A DNA stretch of 64,000 bases from an uncultured marine group III euryarchaeote (GTDB lineage Archaea; Thermoplasmatota; Poseidoniia; MGIII; CG-Epi1), in assembly GCA_902627615.1 (NCBI GenBank), contig CACOJW010000005.1, forward strand, positions 32,774-96,773, given 5' to 3'. A program made the translations under genes and the position numbers. The notes beneath the pieces are model-generated. The model did not search any database and was not told where the DNA came from. It worked only from the letters and a program-made list of their open reading frames with translations. Below are positions 30,458-38,263 of the stretch, one piece after another. Numbering within the stretch: position 1 is the stretch's first letter; the number at the start of each line of letters is the position of its first letter.

Positions 30458-31336
30458 ATGAATACTGGTGCTAAGATTGTAATTGGTTTAGGAATTCTAA
30501 TTATAATTATAGGAATTATACTTTTGACAACAACGGGAGATGATTTTGATGAAGATGTTGAAGAAGGGATAGTTTACGAAGGAGCAGATGGAAAAACTAA
30601 AGTTGAAAATGTAGAACCAAATACTGGATCTAAGTACTGGGTTCATCTTGTTGACGCAGAATTTGAAGGTGGTGGTGGTGGTGGATACAATGAGGCTCAC
30701 GGCAATAGTACATGGAACTTAACTCAATCTGATTGTAATCTTGTTAAGTCATTTACACTGAAAGATAGTGATGATAATCAAATTTTCTACCCACAATGTA
30801 ATTACATTGAAGATAGTACCGAAGACAAATATATCGTCATTGGCCGCCTGTGCAATACTCCAGTCTACGACCGCTATGGGTGGGAAGTAGCAAATGAAGG
30901 TGAAGGCTGTAGAGAAGGTACATACACTTGGGACACTGATGGAAACAAAGTCATGGTCTATGATGTAGAGGCAATTTTTGGCGCTATAATTGACATAATA
31001 ATGCAAGCATTGGGGTCTTTCGGAGCTTGTTGCTGTGGTTCAGTTATTTTAATCATCGGAATAATAATGGCTGCAACAATGGAAGATAACAATGCTAATC
31101 CATATGCTCAACAAACAACTACTAACACCGGACAAACTCCACAAGCTTCTAGTGGTTGGGACGAAAAAGAGGACTATATTAGAAAAGAAGTAAACCAAAC
31201 TATCAACATAAATGACAGTGTGATAAACAAAAGTAATCTTGGAAGTGATGAAGAAATACCTGACAAAAGTGAAATGGCTGTTACTGAAGAAGAAGACGGC
31301 AAAAGTGAACACAAGGGATTCGCCCCACCACCTTGA
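30458..31336 (+). CDS. Cys-rich bitopic/2-TM membrane protein with 'DSVINKSNLG' in the C-terminal tail
   Basis: N-terminal TM 'IVIGLGILIIIIGIILL', Cys-containing ectodomain, second TM 'GACCCGSVILIIGIIMAA', tail 'TININDSVINKSNLGSDEE'. Confidence 0.55.
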   Translation: MNTGAKIVIGLGILIIIIGIILLTTTGDDFDEDVEEGIVYEGADGKTKVENVEPNTGSKYWVHLVDAEFEGGGGGGYNEAHGNSTWNLTQSDCNLVKSFTLKDSDDNQIFYPQCNYIEDSTEDKYIVIGRLCNTPVYDRYGWEVANEGEGCREGTYTWDTDGNKVMVYDVEAIFGAIIDIIMQALGSFGACCCGSVILIIGIIMAATMEDNNANPYAQQTTTNTGQTPQASSGWDEKEDYIRKEVNQTININDSVINKSNLGSDEEIPDKSEMAVTEEEDGKSEHKGFAPPP

Positions 31337-31376
31337 TAGTATTCAAGTTTTAAATAAATGAGCCAGGTAAGAGGAT

Positions 31377-31760
31377 ATGAAATTTTTCATTAAAATTGCA
31401 ACAGATCCAAATGTAGATCCTGTAAAATGTTTAGTTGGAATGGCTTGCGCTGCCCAAGCTGTAGGAGATGGCCACGATGTTGATGTTTTCTTTGCAGCAG
31501 GAGGAGTTAGAAATCTTAATCCCGGGCAATTTGAAAAAATGGCTGAAAATGGTGATGTAGATGTTAATCTGATGAATGGAATGATGGATAAACTTGTAGC
31601 AGGTGCTAAATTACATTGCTCATTTGGCTCTGTAGCCTCAATATTGGGTAAGAAAGAAGGAGAAGCGGCTCTTTGTATACCTGATGAAAAGCTATCTTGG
31701 GGTGGACCTCCACAGGTAATAGAATTGTCTGCTGCTGCTGACACTGTTTTAATTTACTGA
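31377..31760 (+). CDS. DsrE/DsrF-like family protein
   Basis: 'MKFFIKIATDPNVDPVKCLVGMACAAQAVGDGHDVDVFFAAGGV' fits the typical DsrE-fold N-terminus. Preferred over the antisense ORF 31343..31744. Confidence 0.5.
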   Translation: MKFFIKIATDPNVDPVKCLVGMACAAQAVGDGHDVDVFFAAGGVRNLNPGQFEKMAENGDVDVNLMNGMMDKLVAGAKLHCSFGSVASILGKKEGEAALCIPDEKLSWGGPPQVIELSAAADTVLIY

Positions 31761-32014
31761 TTTTGTATTCGGTAGGCGCCGATTGCTACACTAGCGATCA
31801 TAATTAACGCGCAAACATTTGCCACAATAATTGCAACCGAATTTTTCAAAATACCATAAGTTAACCATAGTAGTAGAGAAATACAAATAACTACAAAAGT
31901 TGGAACACTAATTCCATCTGCTTTGCCTTCTATCCAGACACGTTTTACCTGAGGATACCATCCTGAAACTCCTAAAAAACCTGCAAATAAACCTATACCT
32001 TCTACCCAATCCAT
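31754..32014 (-). CDS. SemiSWEET / PQ-loop 3-TM transporter
   Basis: 86 aa, three TM helices, PQ motif 'GWYPQVKRVW' in TM1. Confidence 0.6.
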   Translation of the reverse strand: MDWVEGIGLFAGFLGVSGWYPQVKRVWIEGKADGISVPTFVVICISLLLWLTYGILKNSVAIIVANVCALIMIASVAIGAYRIQNQ

Positions 32015-32062
32015 TATGCTCTATGAGCTATCATTTAAATATCTGACATAGAAATATTTGGT

Positions 32063-33595
32063 GTGAAAATTGATATTGTATGGTTTAAGAAAGATTTTAG
32101 ATTAGAAGATCACGCTCCAATAAATGCAGTAGCAAAAAGTAACAATGATTTTCTTGGAGTTTTTGTGATTGAACCCTCGAGACTAAATGAAGAAGATGTC
32201 GATCCTATACACATAGATTGGGAAATTAAGTGTGCAGCTGAACTACAATCAAGAATTAGAAAAATAGGTGGTGAAATGCTAATACTCCACGATGAATTAA
32301 TTAACGCTTTTGAAAAGTTAAAAGCTAAATATGAAATTTCAAATGTTTACAGTCACGAAGAGATTGGAACTGAATGGTCATACCAAAGAGACATAGAATT
32401 TGGCAAATGGTGCAAAACAAATAATTTAAATTGGAAAGAATTTCCTACAAACGCAGTTGTCAGAAGATTAAATAATAGAGACAATTGGTATAAGCTAAGA
32501 ACGGAAAGATTAAGTCAAGAAATTATACCCGCTCCTATAAAACTTAAATTTGACAATGAATTGAAAATGGATTCGATATCATCCATAAGTGAAATCGGAC
32601 TCATTCCAAGAGAACTTAGAGATGAATATAAACCTGGAGAATTTGAAGCAAAAAATAATCTGGATACCTTTCTCAATCAAAGAGGTATGAACTACAGATA
32701 TGAGATGTCCAGTCCAATCACTGGGGAAAATAGTTGCTCTAGGCTATCGCATTACATTAGCGCGGGATGTATAACAATTAAACAGATAACCAAAATAGCA
32801 AACAAAAGGGTCGCTTATCTGAAAACTTTAGAGAAAACAGATTCACGGAAAAAGTGGATTGCTAGTATTAATTCTTTCAAAAGTAGACTAGCATGGCATT
32901 GCCATTTTATACAAAAACTAGAGCTACAACCAACGTTAGGATCCAAAGCAATGAACCGCTTGTTGGATAAAAAATTGAATAGAGAATTGGATTCTGAAAG
33001 ATTTGATAGATGGAGCAAAGGAAATACTGGTTGGCCTTTTTTTGACGCCTGTATGCGGCAGCTTACAGCTACAGGATGGATTAATTTTAGAATGAGAGCT
33101 ATGCTGATGTCTGTTGCAAGTTACACACTATGGTTACCTTGGAAGGAAACAGGAAACTATCTCGCTAGGCAATTCATTGATTATGAACCAGGAATCCACT
33201 GGTCACAAGTATCCATGCAAAGTGGAACCACTGGCATAAATACAGTTAGAGCTTATTCGATTCTTAAACAGTCTACAGATCATGATACTGATGGAAAATA
33301 TATTAGAACATGGGTGCCAGAACTAAGTATGGTTCCCACACACTACATACATGAACCTTGGAAAATGAGTAAAACTATGCAAAAGCAGATAAATTGTATC
33401 ATAGGGAAAAATTATCCAAGACCTATTGTTGATGAAAAAGAGGCAAGATTAGAAGGAGTAAAAAATTCTTACAAAGCCAGAGGCAGCCCGGAGGTCAGGA
33501 AAATTTCACAAGAAGTAAACAAGAAACACGGAAGTAGAAAAAAGCCTAATAAATTGAAAAAAAGGACTAAAGGCAGACAAACAAAGCTTACTTGA
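32063..33595 (+). CDS. Cryptochrome/photolyase-family FAD protein (class not assigned)
   Basis: 'TGWPFFDACMRQLTATGWINFRMRAM', 'FIDYEPGIHWSQVSMQSGTTGIN', 'DGKYIRTWVPEL...IHEPWKM'. GTG start, basic C-terminal tail. Confidence 0.8.
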   Translation: MKIDIVWFKKDFRLEDHAPINAVAKSNNDFLGVFVIEPSRLNEEDVDPIHIDWEIKCAAELQSRIRKIGGEMLILHDELINAFEKLKAKYEISNVYSHEEIGTEWSYQRDIEFGKWCKTNNLNWKEFPTNAVVRRLNNRDNWYKLRTERLSQEIIPAPIKLKFDNELKMDSISSISEIGLIPRELRDEYKPGEFEAKNNLDTFLNQRGMNYRYEMSSPITGENSCSRLSHYISAGCITIKQITKIANKRVAYLKTLEKTDSRKKWIASINSFKSRLAWHCHFIQKLELQPTLGSKAMNRLLDKKLNRELDSERFDRWSKGNTGWPFFDACMRQLTATGWINFRMRAMLMSVASYTLWLPWKETGNYLARQFIDYEPGIHWSQVSMQSGTTGINTVRAYSILKQSTDHDTDGKYIRTWVPELSMVPTHYIHEPWKMSKTMQKQINCIIGKNYPRPIVDEKEARLEGVKNSYKARGSPEVRKISQEVNKKHGSRKKPNKLKKRTKGRQTKLT

Positions 33596-33640
33596 TATTG
33601 CAATGCACTAAATATTAATAGACGTACGCTATTCAATAAT

Positions 33641-34228
33641 ATGGCCGAATTCAATTTCGCTAGACCGCTTAGCACAATGAAATATGGACTTTACATTGGA
33701 CTTGCATCTATTCCTGCAATTATACTAATAGCAATTGTAGCTCTCATTTTTGGTGGAATGATGGCTGCAGCCTTCGATGGAGGTAATTTTGAAGAAGGAA
33801 TTGCTGTCTTATTGATCGCACCCATTGTAATCACAGTTGTAGTTACTATTGCATCAATACAAATAATCACTTTAGCGTTGAATTCCGCGTTCAACGATGC
33901 AATGCCGGCCTATGAATCTCTAGGTTATTTTGCTACATGGAGTAAAGCAATTTCTATATTTGTGGAACTATTATACTTATTTTTAATTATTATCATAGTA
34001 TTTGTAGTTGGTACACTTATAGCTGAATCAAGCCCTGGATTATTTTTAATTCTGTTTTTAGTAGGAATTACAATGCTCATTTTGGCCTATATGGGCCTAA
34101 TCCCATACGTATGCCGTAGAGTTCTGGAAAAGGAAGCAGTTGAGGCTGGAAGTAAAACGAATAATTTAGAAAAGGATCCATTAGAAGGATTACATACTCC
34201 CGTTTCTGAAAATGGGCCTGAAAACTGA
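33641..34228 (+). CDS. Hypothetical 4-TM membrane protein
   Basis: Four long hydrophobic segments. No recognised motif. Confidence 0.45.
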   Translation: MAEFNFARPLSTMKYGLYIGLASIPAIILIAIVALIFGGMMAAAFDGGNFEEGIAVLLIAPIVITVVVTIASIQIITLALNSAFNDAMPAYESLGYFATWSKAISIFVELLYLFLIIIIVFVVGTLIAESSPGLFLILFLVGITMLILAYMGLIPYVCRRVLEKEAVEAGSKTNNLEKDPLEGLHTPVSENGPEN

Positions 34229-34381
34229 TATAAAGAATTAAGCATAATATAATCAAATATAGAAAAACATATAATATTAACTATAATGCTAAAATAAGCT
34301 ATTTTACTTTTATTTAGCTATTTATATTATTTAATCAATTATATTAAAACAGATTATATTAACAATTTTACTAATAATTAT

Positions 34382-34415
34382 AAACCCCTATAATTTTACG
34401 AAACTCTAGGGGTTT
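34382..34415 (+). other. Hairpin (9-bp stem AAACCCCTA/TAGGGGTTT, 16-nt loop) followed by a T5 run
   Basis: Read directly: aaaccccta (34382-34390) pairs with taggggttt (34407-34415), and ttttt lies at 34421-34425. It sits in a ~250-nt AT-rich spacer upstream of the recombinase. Confidence 0.35.
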
Positions 34416-34479
34416 CTGTGTTTTTCAGAGATCTATTGCTTATGCTAAAAAACGATTCCTTTATATATTACTTTTTATA

Positions 34480-35418
34480 ATGTATATTATCGAAAGTAAA
34501 ATGGACATTATCACAGAAAACAGCCCAGACCTCCAAAAAATGGTGATGTCTGTAGTAAATCAGCGCCAAAACCAAAATAGTAGACAAACATACTATACTG
34601 CCTTAACTCAATTTTTCAATTGGTATAGAGCAGGTGACAACCAAGGTATTACTGCAGAAATAATTCGCGAGTATCTATTATACCTAGAAAACCGTGGAAA
34701 ATCAAAATCTACGATTTCTACCACATTATCAGTGCTAAGACAACTTTTCAAAGATTTACGTAGATTGGAAGTAATTAATGAAAAAATATACAATAATCTT
34801 TTAGAAATAAAATTTAAGAGACAAATCGGACAAAGATACAAAACTTGGTTAGAGCAAGAAGAAGTACAAAAATTATTGAATAATTTAAATTCCGAAAAAA
34901 TGAGTATTGTAAGAGATAAGGCTCTAATTGCTGTAATGACTGGATGTGGATTAAGACGTTTTGAAATATCTGATTTGAAAATTACTCAAATGAAACAAGT
35001 ACAAGGAAGATGGGCTTTTACAGATATTAAGGGAAAAGGTGAAAGATACAGAACTGTTGCAATTCCTGAATATGCTGTTAAATGTTTGGAGGAATGGCTT
35101 GTGACATCCAAAACTGTGGGTAAAACAGACCGAATTTTCTTTTCAATACGGAAAAATGGTGAAATTGGAAATACAATGATAACTCCCCAAGGAATTAGAG
35201 ATATCGTAGCAAAACATTCCCAAAATATTCTTGATAAACAAATTCTCCCTCATGATCTTAGGAGAACATACGCTCAATTATCATACAAAGCAGGAGCTCC
35301 ACTGAGGCAAATCCAACTAAGTTTAGGGCACAGCAGCATAAGAACAACTGAAATATATCTAGGATTAGACCAAGATTTGACTAATGCCCCTGGCGATTAT
35401 TTAGATATTAATGTTTAA
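34480..35418 (+). CDS. Tyrosine recombinase (XerA/XerC/D or integrase family)
   Basis: Catalytic residues in 'GCGLRRFEISDL' (R), 'HDLRRTYA' (HxxR) and 'LGHSSIRTTEIYL' (H...Y). SAM-like N-terminal domain. ATG 34501 is an alternative start given the TATA-like 'tttatatatt' at 34460-34469. Confidence 0.85.
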   Translation: MYIIESKMDIITENSPDLQKMVMSVVNQRQNQNSRQTYYTALTQFFNWYRAGDNQGITAEIIREYLLYLENRGKSKSTISTTLSVLRQLFKDLRRLEVINEKIYNNLLEIKFKRQIGQRYKTWLEQEEVQKLLNNLNSEKMSIVRDKALIAVMTGCGLRRFEISDLKITQMKQVQGRWAFTDIKGKGERYRTVAIPEYAVKCLEEWLVTSKTVGKTDRIFFSIRKNGEIGNTMITPQGIRDIVAKHSQNILDKQILPHDLRRTYAQLSYKAGAPLRQIQLSLGHSSIRTTEIYLGLDQDLTNAPGDYLDINV

Positions 35419-35424
35419 ATTTAA

Positions 35425-37314
35425 TTAAACAGTAATATACCAAATCTCTCCGCCATAAGCTGATGAGTAGGCTGAGAAGTAAAGTTTGCCATTATTATAG
35501 GTAAAACTATCACCAATACCTGAATGATTTGAACCTGGATTTACATCGTGCAACATTCCAACGTATTCTGAATCGATGTCAATCTTCCAAAGTTCATTAC
35601 CTGTCTGATAATGGCCAGCCTCGGCGTATATATCACCACCCACGAGATATGAATTAAATAGTCTCAAATCTCCTCCGAAATTATTTTCAGTTTCGTTAAA
35701 TAAAAAGTCAAAGGAAAGACTGTTCTCATCAAAAACATAGAAGTGGAAATCGTCTCCATAATCGCTGTTTTTCTCTGCCACGAAATAAACACTATTGTCG
35801 AACTCATCTTGATAAAATCTGTAACCGTGATTGCTGCTAGTACTTTCTATTGCTGAATATGTACCTTCTACTGTACCATCAGAAATATAGAGATTATTAG
35901 TTCTAGAGCCATCATCATTGACAATGATAGATCTAAAATAAATCAAATCTCTAGCAGAATCTGAATACACCTCAGCTATAACGACAGAATCACTTAAATT
36001 ATTATGTAACCTTTTGAACTGGAATGTACCTTCTTCAGTACCATCTGACTTCCACAAGGTTTCATTACTTAATTCACCAAAACCGTAGTAAATTGTACCA
36101 CCGATAGAGCCAAAAGTTCCGAATCTTAAGTCATCAGAATACTCAGCAACAGTAGTAATATTTCTTGGTCCTGCGACATGCAGTGATATTTCGTCGTAGT
36201 CGTAATCACGTGCAGTAAAGAAAAATTTACCATCCGAGGTAATATGGTAGTTACTTAATCCTTTGTAAGTTCTATCATCTAAAGATTCTAATTCATTTAC
36301 TTCGACTTCACCATTGGGAAGAACTATGGCAGAATACACTTTAGTCCCTTCATAAGTACCACCGCAGCCATTTGAATACATGGGACGGCCAAAAAATAAA
36401 GTATTTCCTACACCTCCATAAATAGAATAAATTTGATATGTACAATTATGCCCATCATCTGTGACTCTTGAAGTTCCATCAGAAGTACCATCACTAAAAG
36501 CTAGCTCATGCCCAAAGTCGCCATCAAAGGCAAGGAAAAATACGCCCATGTCAACAGGCGTAAAATCTTCTGGATCAGATAAATCAGATAGTTTATATGT
36601 GCCGAAAGGAGTTCCGTCTGAAATCCAAACGGTTTCCCTTAAATTATTAAAATAAGTAAGTCCAGTTGAAGATGCGCCGAAAAATACGTGCTCACCGTAT
36701 GCTGCCATGTGTGAGTCTGTAGTGTAATAACCTGAATCAAACATATTATATGTAGCTACAGAACATCCGGAGGTGCACAAAGATTCAAACCCATCATCGT
36801 CGAACACAATTTCCCCTGGATTTATATCCTTAAGTAAGTGCAATTTATTGTAAAGTAAACTTTTATCCAACATCAATTCTTCAACGTCTTCTTCCAAATC
36901 TGCTATATTTTGTTCCAATAAAGCAATTCTTTCTAATAATTCAGAATCATCAGTACCGCTATTTTCTAATTCTTCTAGTTGTTGATTTAAAGAAATAATT
37001 TCGGTAGTTAAGTTATCTAAGTAACTAAGTAACTCTTCATAAGAATCCATAAGTTCCGAATTTTCGACTTCTAGTTCGACAATTCTATTACCAAGTTTAT
37101 CATTATCACGAGTTAACTCTTCTGTTTCGTTTTCTAGGTCATTAATTCTTTTCTCTAAACTATCAAGGTCAGCTGCGCCTGTAGGTTCAATTGTAGGCTC
37201 AACGTTAGATTCTGGTTGTAAGTCATTTTGACCATCATCAATACACCCCGTTAAGGAAAATGCTAGCAACAACATCACTGAGAAAATTGCTTTATTCATG
37301 CCTTTACTATGCAA
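35425..37314 (-). CDS. Secreted lipoprotein with N-terminal coiled coil and ELWxxDGT-type repeats
   Basis: Lipobox 'FSLTGC'. Heptad-rich acidic region. Repeats 'VWISDGTPFGT', 'TLWKSDGTEEGT', 'LYISDGTVEGT', 'ELWKIDID'. Confidence 0.6.
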   Translation of the reverse strand: MHSKGMNKAIFSVMLLLAFSLTGCIDDGQNDLQPESNVEPTIEPTGAADLDSLEKRINDLENETEELTRDNDKLGNRIVELEVENSELMDSYEELLSYLDNLTTEIISLNQQLEELENSGTDDSELLERIALLEQNIADLEEDVEELMLDKSLLYNKLHLLKDINPGEIVFDDDGFESLCTSGCSVATYNMFDSGYYTTDSHMAAYGEHVFFGASSTGLTYFNNLRETVWISDGTPFGTYKLSDLSDPEDFTPVDMGVFFLAFDGDFGHELAFSDGTSDGTSRVTDDGHNCTYQIYSIYGGVGNTLFFGRPMYSNGCGGTYEGTKVYSAIVLPNGEVEVNELESLDDRTYKGLSNYHITSDGKFFFTARDYDYDEISLHVAGPRNITTVAEYSDDLRFGTFGSIGGTIYYGFGELSNETLWKSDGTEEGTFQFKRLHNNLSDSVVIAEVYSDSARDLIYFRSIIVNDDGSRTNNLYISDGTVEGTYSAIESTSSNHGYRFYQDEFDNSVYFVAEKNSDYGDDFHFYVFDENSLSFDFLFNETENNFGGDLRLFNSYLVGGDIYAEAGHYQTGNELWKIDIDSEYVGMLHDVNPGSNHSGIGDSFTYNNGKLYFSAYSSAYGGEIWYITV

Positions 37315-37363
37315 TACAGTATTTAATTTTTATACTAGAATTAATATTCTACTATGATAAAGT

Positions 37364-37600
37364 ATGGAAATTACAATGATTGGAGCATACGCAGGTATGT
37401 TAATGGTACTAGTTGCTTTTGCCGCTGAAACAAGAGGTATTATCTCAAGTAGATCGTTGAATTATTTATTCCTGATGGCAATCGGTGAAATACTACTAAC
37501 TTTACGGGCTTACGTAACCGGTGAATGGCCATTTGCAGTACTTGGAGCTGTATGGGCTGCATTCGCAATTTATTCAATAATGAATCCAGCTCCAAAATAA
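37364..37600 (+). CDS. Small 3-TM membrane protein
   Basis: 78 aa and hydrophobic throughout. It resembles small CBU_0592-like membrane proteins, from memory only. Confidence 0.35.
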   Translation: MEITMIGAYAGMLMVLVAFAAETRGIISSRSLNYLFLMAIGEILLTLRAYVTGEWPFAVLGAVWAAFAIYSIMNPAPK

Positions 37601-37627
37601 TATTATATGAATAGTTAATGAAGATAA

Positions 37628-38215
37628 CTAGCCAACGCTTAATGCTTGTAACACGCTCAAAGCTAAGGCCACAACTGAAGACCCCATGAATGTGAATTTT
37701 AATCTGGTTGAACTAATGACTGAAGCCCAGCCTGTTAAAGAAAGACCTACTGCCGAGAATAAAACTGCTAATTGATACTCATCTGCAGCATCATTTTGAT
37801 TTGCTGCAATACTTGCTAATTCTTGACCCTCAGCTTCTCTGAGAGATGCATATGAATACATTTCCTCAAAGTACTGATCATCAAATGGTCCTGTAGAACG
37901 ATTATCACTGTCTACAGCTGATTGCGAAAGACCTGAAAAATAAAACATGGCGAGAGATTCATTGCCATCATTTGAAGCTATTACATATGAATCATAAGAA
38001 TTCATATCATACATTATAGCCTGATTAGCCTCTAAATACAATGAATTAGCTTCTACAATAATTGACTGTGAAGAAAAGTAATTGTGCGTGGAATTAGAAT
38101 CTTCCATGTGAGAATAGTATGCTGTCGAAGCTGTCAGTATTGAAAGTAAAGCTATTAGCCCAGCAATAGACCACTCGGTTTTGTTTTCAACATTAGACAC
38201 AGGTTCATCACTCAT
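37628..38215 (-). CDS. Hypothetical membrane protein (1 N-terminal and 2 C-terminal TM helices)
   Basis: ORF with TM segments 'WSIAGLIALLSILTAS' and 'LAVLFSAVGLSLTGWASV...SSVVALALSVLQAL'. Confidence 0.4.
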   Translation of the reverse strand: MSDEPVSNVENKTEWSIAGLIALLSILTASTAYYSHMEDSNSTHNYFSSQSIIVEANSLYLEANQAIMYDMNSYDSYVIASNDGNESLAMFYFSGLSQSAVDSDNRSTGPFDDQYFEEMYSYASLREAEGQELASIAANQNDAADEYQLAVLFSAVGLSLTGWASVISSTRLKFTFMGSSVVALALSVLQALSVG

Positions 38216-38263
38216 AGTAGACGATCGAACTACCTTTGAAATAATTTGCGATAAATTAGAACT

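Noticed and set aside
30668-30685. (GGT)5-GGA microsatellite.
   Set aside because: It lies in frame within a CDS, where it encodes a Gly run. It is too short to call a repeat feature and is mentioned only in context.
31343-31744. 133-aa minus-strand ORF almost exactly antisense to the DsrE-like gene.
   Set aside because: Its product is an Ala/Ser/Pro-rich string without features, whereas the plus-strand product has a DsrE-type N-terminus. Only one of the two can reasonably be real.
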